A stretch of 64,000 bases of DNA, taken from Dendrobates tinctorius (taxonomy: Eukaryota). The notes under the pieces are model-generated. The model was not told where the DNA came from and did not search any database. It saw only the letters and a program-made list of their open reading frames with translations. Of this stretch, positions 40,001 to 54,029 are shown piece by piece. The stretch covers positions 3,658,001 through 3,722,000 of the forward strand of contig NW_027361798.1 in NCBI RefSeq assembly GCF_039654945.1. Reading direction: 5' to 3'. The position numbers and the translations under genes are program-made. Within the stretch, counting starts at the first letter, position 1; each line of letters begins with the position of its first letter.

Positions 40001-42997
40001 AGGAACGGCAAGGACTCCTGCTCAAACTGGCACTTCTCCAGCTTGGCAAATAACGAGTTCGCCCGCAGACGGTCAAAGACCCTGCAGACGTCTATCCGGT
40101 GGGTGGTAAAATCTGGCGAAAAGATGAGTATGTCATCCAGATAGACCACCACCGAGGTAGAGAGCATGTCGCGGAAGACGTCGTTGACAAAATCTTGGAA
40201 GACAGCTGGGGCATTACAAAGGCCAAAGGGCATAACCAGGTATTCGTAATGGCCATCCCTGGTATTAAAAGCTGTCTTCCATTCGTCTCCTTCGCGAATG
40301 CGGATCAGGTTGTATGCACCCTGCAGATCTAGTTTAGTAAAGATCCGGGCCCCCCGCAACCTGTCAAATAACTCCGAGATCAACGGTAGGGTGTATTTGT
40401 TTTTAACTGTGATAGCATTGAGACCTCGGTAGTCGATGCAGGGGCGTAGCTCTCCGTTCTTCTTCTGTACGAAGAAGAACCCGGCACCAGCCGGTGACAC
40501 CGATTTTCTGATGAAACCCCTAGCCAGGTTCTCCCGGATATACTGGGACATAGCCTCCGTCTCAGGGAGTGATAAAGGGTAAACACAGCCTCGGGGAGGC
40601 TCTGTGCCTGGCAGGAGATCAATCGGGCAATCATAGGAACGGTGCGGTGGGAGCGTCTCCGCAGACTTCTTAGAGAAGACGTCCGCGTAATGGTGGTAGG
40701 GTTTGGGGAGCGAGGAGAGATCCGCAGGCACTTCTGTGGAAGCCACCTGAACGCTGCCCCTCAGGCACCTTCCCTCACAGTCCTTGCCCCAGCCCAGTAT
40801 CCTCCCTGAAGCCCAGTCAATATGCGGGGAGTGGCAACGAAGCCAGGGAACTCCGAGGAGCACCTGATCGATGCCATTGGGCATAATTAGCAGGGACAGA
40901 GTCTCCCGATGTGAGGGTGAAATAGAGAGTCCGAGTGGGGCTGTCTGATGGGTCACCTGAGATGGTAACGGTGCCCCATTTACCACCCTGATGGTCAGAG
41001 GTTGGGGGAGTATCACCAGAGGGATAGCGTGTCTCTGGGCAAAAGTCGAGGACATAAAGTTCCCCTCGGCCCCGGAATCCAGGGTGACCTCTGCCTCCCA
41101 GGAGGAGGACCCACTATCTAATGTACCCCGGAACACCGGTTTGGGTGAAAAGGGTCCCACCTTGGATTGACCACCACCTACGGCCACTGAACGTGGTCGT
41201 CTTTTCGGCCGCTGAGGGCATGTGCCAGCCGAGTGGCCCAACTGTCGGCACTGATAACAGCGCACAGAGGTTCGCATCGGACGCAACTTAGTGCCGGTGC
41301 GAGACACCTCCATAGGCTCAGAGGAGAGGTGCTCCTGTGCGGGAAATTTCAGCGGCTCAGAAAAGGTGGGAGCCAAATTAACCCTACGTTTGGATTGCGC
41401 TCGTTCCAACCCGCGCTCCGTGTAGCGGAGATCAATGCGGGTGGAAACGGCGATCAACTCCTCCAAACTGGTGGGAATCTCCCTAGTAGCTAGAGCATCT
41501 TTTACGTGCTCAGCCAGGCCTCTCCAAAACACCGGGACCAACACTTTGTCCGGCCACTCTAACTCGGAAGCCAGTGTCCGAAACTGGACAGCATGATGGC
41601 TAACCGAAAGTGACCCTTGTGTTAAAGATAACAGTTGGAGAGCCGTATCGTGGGTGACCCGTGGTCCCAAGAAGACTTGCTTCAGAGCCGCGAGGAACTG
41701 AGCAGCCCCCTGTACCACGGGATCACCCACAATGGCGTGGCCCACTGTAATGCCCGGCCAGACAACAGAGAGACAATAAATCCCACCTTAGCACGCTCCG
41801 TAGGGAACCGTGCAGCCAGCAACTCCAGCTGGATGGAGCACTGACTAACGAATCCCCTACAGGAGGCACTATCACCCGAAAACTTATCGGGGAGCGGGAG
41901 GCGAGACATTGTCGGCAGGGGCAAAAGTGTGGGCGCACGTGAGACAGCCTCAGCGACTGTCTGAGCAGCAGCTAGCGCAGCATTCGCAGCTGAGTTGGTG
42001 CTCTCAATAGCCGCCAACCTGCTCTCCAGCTGCCGAATGTAGCGCTGCAGCTGCTGCACGTCTGCCATTGCCAGCCAGACCCTGGCGCTAGTGTAATGTT
42101 AGGGTCGGCGGAACGCACCAGATATAAATAATGGAAGGCGCGTTCGCCGCCCGGGGTCCACCGTGCGGTAGATGACAAGACCGCTGCTGGACAATGGCAG
42201 ATACGCTAGAAGTGCGAAACAGCGCTCGGGTTAACGTCACCCGAGAGCCTGAGAGCGGACTCTGTTTAGTCACAGAGACGCCAAAGTATGAACTAGACGT
42301 AAAGGCTGAACCTGTTAGCTGCACAGGTCAGCCGGCGTGTGGCGTCGCAGCTGCGAACACCAAAAGCTGCTACTACTGCAGCGCGGCCGTAACTGAAGCC
42401 GCTAAGCGACGATGCCGGAGGAGCCGGGCACCGACGGACGCTAGTGTAGGTGAGGAAGGCTCAGTGGCGTGTAGCCTGCCACAATCTGGAGCTGACTAAC
42501 CCAACATACTGTCACCATTCGTAATATCCGAGTGAAGGGGTTTCATAATAAGTCAGACACCAGTCCATGCATCCATCACCATACACACACACAGCATAAT
42601 ATGCTACACTAGCGCATGGCCGAGCCGCCATGCAGGCTTTTTATAGCCATGCGCTTCCGGGACCTTCCAGTACTATAGGAAGGACCAATCAGATCCGACA
42701 TAGGACCTTCACATGTGACCCCTGCTCTCCACTGAGAGGACAAGTTGCGGGCATGCCCAGTCGCACGGCGCGAGGACTTAGCCTCTAGAGCAGTTCCCTG
42801 CAAAGCAGGTTGCGTTATCATTGCTGCACCAGAGGTGGTAGCAACATCCAGGCTCACAGAACGAGTCTGCGGGGAATGCCTGGTTCGCCGAGATTGCTGA
42901 GCAGGAGTCCGAGCGGTCGGAGGAGAATGGGAGACCGCAGGATGTCTGGCTCTGGATTCCTGCTGTGCTGTGCAGTGCCAGGAATCCGACGCCTAAC
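37039..42997 (-). mobile_element. Near-full-length chromovirus, subfamily C
   Basis: Near-identical LTRs at 37039-37933 and 42097-42997, PPT 37934-37950, PBS 42085-42095. Single gag-pol frame from 42068, broken by a small gag deletion (about 41727) and one stop (39460). Confidence 0.95.
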
Positions 42998-43000
42998 TTT

Positions 43001-43294
43001 CATGCCGTGCTACTGGGCATGCCCGCAACTTACCTCTCACTGGAGAGCAGGGGTCACATGCTCAGGTCCTACGTCGGATCTGATTGGTCCTTCCCAAGCT
43101 AATGGAAGGTCCTGGAAGCGCATCTCTATAAAAAGCCCGCAAGGCGGCTCGGCAGTGCGCTAGTGTAGCATATTATGCTGTGTGTGTATGGTGACGGATG
43201 TGTGAACTGGTGACTGACGCATTATGAAACCCCTTCACTCGGATATTGCGAATGGTGACAGAGAGTTGGATAGTCAGTCTCAGCCTGTGGCAAG
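43001..43294 (+). mobile_element. Fragment of a D-type LTR in plus orientation
   Basis: Reverse-complement match to about 22465-22759, including TATAAAAAG and GCGCTAGTGTA. Confidence 0.85.
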
Positions 43295-44982
43295 TGTGAT
43301 AAAACACTCCGGGATCGGCTTTGCTGGGGTCAAAGGTCATGTGCGTTCAGCATGAAACTCAGGCGCAGAGCTGGGATTCAGGTGTAACTGACCCTGGGTC
43401 AGGTTTATTAACGGTGAAAGCAATGCAAAAGGAAATAAAACATAAAACAAATCCTTGCCTGTCCGGCACTAACTAAACAATGGACAACCTAACTACCAAC
43501 TGGCGGGCTTCTCCCGTCCAGCCAAACCACAGTTGCAGTGGGCACTGCTTTCACTCACGTGTGTCTCTCACACAGACAGGCTCTCTGTGTTCCCAGGGTG
43601 AGACACTCACACAACCACCTGGCATCCTTTTATATCCACCTCCCATTATCCATTAGTAAGCAGGTGCGATACTAACCAGACTAGGCCACATAGGAAAGGA
43701 ATCTGGGCGAGATATACCTGCCCTCATCCACTATTCCCACATGATTCTCACATATCCCCCCCTCTGCTCAGACCACTCCAGTCGAGCAATGACACCCGCC
43801 AAACAGTGCACTCGGGACAGGGCATCTGCATTCCCCATCTGTACTCCTGGGCGGTGCTCCACCGTAAAAGTGTAGGCCTGCAGGGCAAGGAACCACCGGG
43901 TCACCCGGCTATTCCGTTCCTTGTTCAAGTGCATCCACTTGAGAGGGGCATGGTCAGTGATCAGCCTGAACTTTCGGCCCACCAGGTAATATTTGAGGGC
44001 CTCTAGAGCCCACTTAATAGCGAGGCACTCTTTTTCTACGACTGCATACCTTTGCTCGTGTTTATTCAGCTTTCTGCTGAGATAGAGGACTGGGTGTTCC
44101 ACTCCGTCCCTCACTTGTGAGAGTACGGCCCCGATGCCGGTATCAGAGGCATCCGTTTGTACCACAAACTCGCTGCGGAAGTCTGGAGTCACCAGTACGG
44201 GCTGAGAGCAAAGTGCCCGTTTTAGGCCATGGAAGGCTTCTTCAGCCGCTAAACTCCATTTAATCATGACAGAGTCTTTCCCTTTTGTAAGATCCGTCAG
44301 GGGGGTAGCGATGGCTGCAAAATTGGGTATGAACCGGCGATAATAGCCGGCGATCCCGAGGAAGGCTTGTACCTGCTTCTTGTTGACAGGTTGTGGCCAG
44401 TCCTGAACTGCCTGAATCTTATCAACCTGGGGTTTAACAACACCCCTCCCAATTACATACCCCAAATACCGGGCTTCTTCTAGCCCGATATGACATTTCT
44501 TGGGGTTCGCGGTTAGACCTGCCTCCCACAGGTCGTCAATCACAGCTTGTACTTTCTGGAGATGAGTCTCCCAGTCCAAGCTGTAAATGACAATGTCATC
44601 CAAATAGGCCGAAGCGTACTGCCTATGTGGCCTCAAGACTCAATCCATCAGTCTCTGGAAGGTCGCCGGTGCCCCGTGCAGTCCAAACGGCATATACACA
44701 TACTGAAATAGACCTTCTGGGGTAGCAAATGCCGTCTTTTCTCTGGCAGCCTCCGCCAGAGGGATCTGCCAATACGCCTTTGTTAGGTCTAGGGTCGTAA
44801 TATACCGGGCTTTTCCTAACCGATCTATTAACTCGTCGACCCGGGGCATGGGGTAAGCATCAAATTTTGAGACCGCATTCAGTTTCCTGAAGTCATTGCA
44901 GAACCGGATGGTGCCGTCCGGTTTAGGAATTAGCACAATCGGGCTGGACCAAGCACTGTGCGATTCCTCAACGACTCCTAAC
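43295..44982 (-). mobile_element. Gmr1-like Gypsy 3' end: RT-RNase H followed directly by PPT and a 458-bp LTR (43295-43752)
   Basis: FCNDFRKLN, YLDD, TDAS and TDH motifs. No integrase between RNase H and the LTR. LTR has TG..CA, TATAAAA and AATAAA on the minus strand. Confidence 0.85.
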
Positions 44983-45830
44983 TAGAGTTGAGCGACTTTT
45001 GGTTTTTTAGGGTCGCGTTTCGTTTCGTGAAACCCGACTTTTCCAAAAGTCGGGTCGAGCAAGATCGTCCGATTATAGGGAAAAGTCGGGGTCGTCCCGA
45101 AACACGAAACCCAATGTAAGTCAATGGGGAATAAAAGTCGGCAGTGAGAGGAGGACAGGAAACACACCTACAGTGCCCATTTGAATGCCAAAAGCATCAA
45201 TTCTTCTTACTTAAGCTTGTCAACCTTAATTAACTTCATAATACAAGTTACGCACTGAAAAATGGGGGTTATTTGGCTAAAGTTGTGGGGGGGGGGAGGG
45301 CTGGCTGCAGGTTTTCATGTGCCCTGGGCGAAAGAGCGCCCCTTTAACACATACCACAACTCATCATGCTCCGATACGGCAGATAAATAGCGGTATAGTA
45401 CAATGAAAAATACCTCACTTTTTACATCTCATGACGAGGCCCATCTATTTCTCCATACAGAATCATTGGTCCCATATAATGTTTGAAACAGTATATGATG
45501 AGCTCCACATAATGCTACAGTATATGTTGGTCCCCATGGATGAAGCTCCACTGTCTTATGGGCCCAAATAATGCTCCAAACATAATGGGCCCCATTTCTA
45601 ATGCTCTAGTGTATAATGGGCCCTGTAAATGCTGCTCCAGTGTCTGATGTCCACCTTTGGAATGTTCCAGTGTATGGTGGGCCCCATCTATCATTCTCCA
45701 GAGTATAGTGCTCCCCAAAAATTGCTGTCCCAACATTGAAAACAATCAAATAAGTCTCCTCACTAGGGAATCCCTGTACTTGTCTGGACAGGTGCTGTAG
45801 CTTGCTTAACAGCTCGCCAGCCGTTCTCAC

Positions 45831-47579
45831 GCCCAGTATGGATTGCACGTGATTGCACAAAGGTTAGAAAGGGTACCGTATCCCTGGATAACATGTATGG
45901 ATAGCGTACACATTCAAAATATATGTCTCAGGAGGCAGGCTCAGACGGTGTCAGGCCCAGTATGGATTGCACGTGATTGCACAAAGGTTAGAAAAGGTAC
46001 CGTATCCCTGGATAACATGTATGGATAGCGTACACATTCAAAATATATGTCTCAGGAGGCAGGCTCAGACGGTGTTAGGCCCAGTATGGATTGCACGTGA
46101 TTGCACAAAGGTTAGAAAGGGTACCGTATCCCCGGATAACATGTATGGATAGCGTACACATTCAAAATATATGTCTCAGGAGGCAGGCTCAGACGGTGTC
46201 AGGCCCAGTATGGATTGCACGTGATTGCACAAAGGTTAGAAAAGGTACCGTATCCCTGGATAACATGTATGGATAGCGTACACATTCAAAATATATGTCT
46301 CAGGAGGCAGGCTCAGACGGTGTTAGGCCCAGTATGGATTGCACGTGATTGCACAAAGGTTAGAAAGGGTACCGTATCCCCGGATAACATGTATGGATAG
46401 CGTACACATTCAAAATATATGTCTCAGGAGGCAGGCTCAGACGGTGTTAGGCCCAGTATGGATTGCACGTGATTGCACAAAGGTTAGAAAGGGTACCGTA
46501 TCCCTGGATAACATGTATGGATAGCGTACACATTCAAAATATATGTCTCAGGAGGCAGGCTCAGACGGTGTCAGGCACAGCATGGATTGCACGTGATTGC
46601 ACAAAGGTTAGAAAGGGTACCGTATCCCCGGATAACATGTATGGATAGCATACACATTCAAAATATATGTCTCAGGAGGCAGGCTCAGACGGTGTTAGGC
46701 CCAGTATGGATTGCACATGATTGCACAAAGGTTAGAAAGGGTACCTTATCCCCGGATAACATGTATGGATAGCGTACACATTCAAAATATATGTCTCAGG
46801 AGGCAGGCTCAGACGGTGTTAGGCCCAGTATGGATTGCACATGATTGCACAAAGGTTAGAAAGGGTACCGTATCCCCGGATAACATGTATGGATAGCGTA
46901 CACATTCAAAATATATGTCTCAGGAGGCAGGCTCAGACGGTGTTAGGCCCGGTATGGATTGCACGTGATTGCACAAAGGTTAGAAAGGGTACCGTATCCC
47001 CGGATAACATGTATGGATAGCGTACACATTCAAAATATATGTCTCAGGAGGCAGGCTCAGACGGTGTTAGGCCCAGTATGGATTGCACGTGATTGCACAA
47101 AGGTTAGAAAGGGTACCGTATCCCCGGATAACATGTATGGATAGCGTACACATTCAAAATATATGTCTCAGGAGGCAGGCTCAGACGGTGTTAGGCCCAG
47201 TATGGATTGAACGTGATTGCACAAAGGTTAGAAAGGGTACCGTATCCCTGGATAACATGTATGGATAGCGTACACATTCAAAATATATGTCTCAGGAGGC
47301 AGGCTCAGACGTGTCAGGCCCAGTATGGATTGCACGTGATTGCACAAAGGTTAGAAAGGGTACCGTATCCCTGGATAACATGTATGGATAGCGTACACAT
47401 TCAAAATATATGTCTCAGGAGGCAGGCTCAGACGGTGTCAGGCACAGTATGGATTGCACGTGATTGCACAAAGGTTAGAAAGGGTACCGTATCCCCGGAT
47501 AACATGTATGGATAGCGTACACATTCAAAATATATGTCTCAGGAGGCAGGCTCAGACGGTGTCAGGCACAGTATGGATT
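45831..47579 (+). repeat. 124-bp tandem repeat (about 14 copies) inside hAT 2
   Basis: Exact 124-bp period, also visible in the ORF track (45843, 45967, 46091...). Confidence 0.97.
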
Positions 47580-47998
47580 TGACGGCCCAGATTACACAGC
47601 GGAGGAGCAGGGAGAGGTAAAGATTGCAAATGCTGGGGCCCTGCCCAAGCAAGGGGGGCCCACTCGTGGGCGTCGGTACTGGCACTGGGCCCCTCATAGT
47701 ACAGCGGTGTGTCTGACGGCGGGTGTGCACCACCACCGTCAGAGACACTTGATTGCACTATGAGGGACCCTGTGCCAGTGCCCGCGCCCAAGAGTCGGCC
47801 TACCCACCTGTCCAGGGCAACGGCACTCGCACGGTGTCGTGCGGTAGGTGGTGACCCCGGCCATGGGGGGGGAGGCAGCACAGTTAGGGAGTTTTAGAAA
47901 GTGGCATATGTTGATGTTGGACATTCAGCTGATGCAAAAGGCGAAATAGGTGAAGTACCAGGAAGAGGTGGACCAAAGCAAGCCATTTTTCTGTCACC

Positions 47999-49947
47999 CT
48001 ATGTGTCATCAGGGGAAGGTGGGACAAAATCCTTGGAAACCCATGCGTGGTTCATTTTAATGAAGGTTAGATCATCCACATTTTGGGTTGACAGACGGGT
48101 CCTTTTTTCTGTCAGGATTGATCCAGCTGCACTGAAGACTCTTTCCGATAGCACACTTGCAGCTGGGCAAGCGAGCTCCTGTAAGGCATATTGGGCCAAT
48201 TCAGGCCAGGTGTCCAGTTTAGCGGCCCAATAGTCAAAGGGGAGTGACCTGTGTGGGAGAACATCGATATGGGAGGAAAAGTAGTTTGTAACCATAGTTG
48301 ACAACTGCTGTCTCCTGTCACTTTCCATCGATGCAGTATTACCAGTTGTGTGAGCGGTATTTGAAAAATCAGTCCTCAACATTGTCATGAAACCCCTGTC
48401 TCCAACGCCACTTCTGCTGTGTGCACCACGAACACCTCTGCCAAGCTGCCCCCGGCCCGTACGGCTCGTGTGAGAACCATTACCGCTGCTGTGTGCTGGG
48501 AATGCCTCAAGCAACCGATTTACCAGAGTTGCTTGTTTATTAGCCAATATTAGGTCAAGGTTCTCCTGTGGCATGATGTTTTGTAATTTGCCTTTATAGC
48601 GTAGATCCAGGATGCTGGCCAACCAGTAGTCGTCATCGTTCATCATTTTGGCAATGCGGGGGTCCCTTTTTAGGACCCGCAAGGCATAATCTGACATGTG
48701 GGCCAATGTTCCCGGTGTCAATGATGCAGTGCGAGTGCTGGGTGGAGGAGCACTTTCTGGCAAATCCACATCCCTCCAGTCACGCACAAACCCTGTACCA
48801 GACCTTGCCACGCCAACATTTTCACTTGCCCCACGAGATGCATCCTCCTCCCCTAAGTAATCATCCCCATCATCATCCTCCTCCTCCTCTTCTTCCTCCA
48901 CCTCGTCCAGGAGAGGTCCCTGAGCAGACAATGGCTGAATGTCATCAAGGATTCCCTCCTCCTCTTCCTCCTCATCAACATTGGCTGCAGACGCCTGCTC
49001 CTTAAGGTGCGTCAAAGTTTGCATGAGCAGACGCATAAGTGGGATGCTCATGCTTAGGATGGCGTCGTCTGCGCTTACCAGCCGTGTGCATTCCTCAAAA
49101 CACTGAAGGACTTTACAGAGGTCTTTCAGCTTCGACCACTGCACACCTGTCAACTCCATGTCTGCTCTCAAAGTGCCTGGCCGTGTATCTTCCCACAAAT
49201 GCATTATGGCCTGCCTCTGCTCGCACAGCCGCTCCACCATGTGCAGGGTGGAGTTCCACCTTGTTGCAATGTCGATAATGAGGCGGTGGTTGGGAAGGTG
49301 GAGCAATCGCTGCAGCTTCTGCATACGAACGGAGTGTACAGGCGACCGGCGGATGTGCACGCACAGTCTTCGCACCTTCTGGAGCAGGGCTGTTAACTCC
49401 GGATAATTTTTGAGGAAGCACTGCACCACCAGGTTCAAGGTGTGAGCCAAGCAAGGTATGTGGCTGAGTTTTGAAAGGGCTATGGCTTCCACAAAATTAC
49501 GCCCGTTATCACTAACTACCTTGCCTGCCTCAAGATGTACACTGCCCAGCCATGACTCAGTTTGTCGCTTCAAGTACTCGGCCAGCACCTCCGTGGTGTG
49601 TCTGTCGCCCAAACACATCATCTGCAACACAGCCTGCTGACACTTTCCACTAGCTGCTCGATAGGGGGACACATCGTGTGCAACAGTGGCAGCTGCAGAT
49701 GGAGTGCTCGTACGACTGCGCTCTGTGGACGAGCTTTCGCTTCTGGAGGAGAAGGAGGAGGAGGGTCGAACGCCTACAGCCAACTGTTTCCTATACCGTG
49801 GGCTAGGCAGCACTGTCCCACCGCCGCTGTCCCCTGTGGACCCTGCATCCACCACATTAACCCAGTGCGCAGTGATGGACACGTAACGGCCCTGGCCATG
49901 CCGACTGGACCATGCATCAGTTGTGAGGTGCACCTTTCCGCTCACTG
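47999..49947 (-). pseudogene. hAT transposase catalytic and dimerization domains, N-terminally truncated
   Basis: TTDAW, VSDNG, CLAH, TRWNS and CPAASVLSERVFS motifs in one open frame; no BED finger or native start. Confidence 0.9.
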
Positions 49948-49962
49948 AGAGCTGAAAGGTGT

Positions 49963-50094
49963 AGAGCTGTATGATCAGTGCCACCACCTCCTCCCTGCAG
50001 AGCTGTATGATCAGTGCCACCTCCTCCCTGCAGAGCTGTATGATCAGTGCCACCTCCTTCCTGCAGAGCTGTATGATCAGTGCCTCCTCTGCAG
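49963..50094 (+). repeat. Truncated copy (about 4 units) of the HDE minisatellite
   Basis: Reverse complement of about 9624-9755. Confidence 0.9.
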
Positions 50095-50459
50095 TTTATG
50101 AGCTGCTGATAATCCGGGCGCAGTGTCAGGATGGGTGTGATCTGGTGATAATGGGGAGCTGCACTGTACAGCGCTGTGTACACGGGGTCATGGCAGTGCG
50201 GTGGCGGCTGCTCCAGGTCTCCTCCTGCGCTGGAGATGACGTCACCGGATTTCTCTATTCTGTACAGCGGGAGATGAGCGCGATCTGCTGAGAGCCGCAT
50301 CATGGAGGAGGCGGGGTTACAGGGCGGGAGGCCGCGGTTTGCTTCACGATAATTGGTCAAACAAATCAGGTTTTTATTGGCTTCTATTTAATGTAAGCAC
50401 CAATGGCGAGCAGGGGGCGTGTTTCCTATAGACCAATGAGGACGCGCACTAGGGGATAA

Positions 50460-50924
<465 letters not shown>

Positions 50925-52548
50925 ATCTTCCCGAGCACCGACCACAACACAAAGGCTCTTCTCAGAGCCACCAAATCCTCCCACAGATGAGCTCCTTCCT
51001 GCCGTTTCTCCTTCCTTCCTCCTGGTTCGGTAATATCTGGGCTGCTTAGTCCACAGTTGTCTGAGGGCCGTTATTCTGGCCGGTTCCGTTATCGGTAGAT
51101 CCAGCGGTTCTGTTCCTGCTTCCATGCAGCCTCATACAGAAGGGGGAAATGAGCAGCGCACGGTCACTAAGGAGTTAACCGGAGGAGTCCATACCTGGCT
51201 CTGGGATTGGTCGCGCCTGCGGACTTCTCTCATTGGCTGATCACAGACCCGTTGATGGTTTTGAATTTCCCGCTCAATCCCTTTCCTGTCCTTTGGATTA
51301 TTCCCGGCCCCTCTGCTTAGTAGCGGAGATCGCTGTGACGTGAGCCGTCCGGTCTGGGGCAGCTGCACCCGCAGAGCTCAGAGTCCTGCTCCCCGGAGCT
51401 GCTGATCGCTCCCCTGATCGGCCGCCGCCGTTACCTTCCCTTCATCTCACAGCAGCACTCCGAGCTCTGTACTGTGCACAGAGGGGTCTGTGTCCGGATA
51501 TAGCGCCCATACACCCTGTTACAAGGCTCAACCCCAGAATAGATCGGAAAGTGCAAACAGCGGTGCGAGCTCCAGGGGCTGAAGACAGGGGCAGCACCGA
51601 GAGAGGAGGCCGCAGCCAGGACCGCAGTGTGTCCGGAGGAAGAGAGCCGCCCGGGCTGCGACATCGAGTCCCGAGATCACAGGGACCCACTGAGCCCGGG
51701 GCAGCTCCATAGAGAGCAGCGACCTCCTCCTGGTCTCTGTTGGAGGCGCCGGCACTAGGGGCAGAGCTGTGGTTCCATAGTTGGGGTCATTGATTCCTTT
51801 CCACACATCTCGGATGACGTTACTGTAGAGTTGGGACCTGGTGACAGAGCAGTGGGTATAATCCTCTATATATCTCTCTAGTGGGTGACACAGTGGATAT
51901 AATTCCTGCTATTAGCAGTTGGCACAGTGGGTATATTCCTGTATATGATAATTTGCTCCGGGATTTAGATCCGGTGGTTGGTGCAAAGTGTGATGTGGGC
52001 AGATGTTCTCCTGATCACAGGCAGAGCGACCCTGTATTCCTGCACCGTCCCTCCCTGCCCATGTGGTGGCGCAGAAACACAGACAGCCCCTCTCATCGCA
52101 TGTAGGTATCCTGTTGATACCCCAATCCTGAGCCGCTGCTCAGGAGCGTTCACACCGGCGTCCATTCATCAGTGCAGCTGCATTCCACTCCTCGCAGCCA
52201 TCCTACAACCCACAGGATCTCAGCAGCAGGAGACGTGGCACAACCACATTTATTACCAGCACTCGGATTTCTGCTCTGTAGTAACTGCAGCATCATAGGA
52301 GGTGACTGTGCGGCCGATCGATTCCCCCATACACCCGGATCATCTGTGCCCCACCTCACACTGAGACTACTCACTGGATCAGCTCCAGAAGAGAGAACGT
52401 CTCCCCCAATGCGCAACGTCACAAGCCGGTCCCGGCGATCACACCAGCAGCGACCGCTAGACCCCAGCGGGAATTGCAGCCTCTCACGTGAGATGTGGGC
52501 GGCTCTGAGAAGAGCCTTTGGGTTGTCAGGACAGAGACGAGAATACAA

Positions 52549-53550
<1,002 letters not shown>

Positions 53551-54029
53551 TAAATGATAAAATTATCAGTCTGCCTTCATGCTCTAAGAAAAGAACTATG
53601 TGCCTTTTTTAGATAATCGCTACTAATTTGGGGGTTTGCCACGGACCCTCTTAATTAACTCTTTGATTAAGTGAATCGTGGCTGGTGGCAGCGTGGTGTG
53701 TTCGGTTGGTTGGGCTAGTTGACAGTACGGAAGGGTCTTATATGCTGATTGAGTGGCTGTGGCCAAAGCATTGATAATTCCCTTACTGCAGTAGTCTAAT
53801 TGTCCGTGCACAACAAACAGCCCATCCGACAACTATTTATCCTAGGTGCAGTTCCCTGACTGACCTGAGGGTAAGGGGGGCGTCGGAGAGCTGCGAGTTC
53901 CAAAGTGGAACTGACAAAGTGGCATATCCATAAATCCCCGCAGTTCTTGGAAGGTTGTTAGCAGTGGTGAGGCATCCAAAATACCCCCCTGCGGTAAATT
54001 GTTAGAGCAAGATTAGCTTGCTGTATTTT

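Larger units (their letters stand above)
44983..49947 (-). mobile_element. hAT DNA transposon 2, 3' part
   Basis: TAGAGTTGAGCG terminus exactly where the Gmr1 RT breaks off, an internal tandem array, and a transposase. Confidence 0.8.

Noticed and set aside
45843-47515. Series of near-identical 61-aa ORFs
   Set aside because: They follow the 124-bp repeat period and begin at non-ATG codons.
49948-50053. Satellite-encoded N-terminus fused to the hAT 2 transposase (684-aa ORF)
   Set aside because: Starts at GTG in the satellite across a rearrangement junction; no credible ATG and no BED finger.
53551-54029. Possible decayed L1/Tx1 ORF2 fragment on the minus strand
   Set aside because: Only a vague resemblance by eye; it needs a translated search against repeat libraries.
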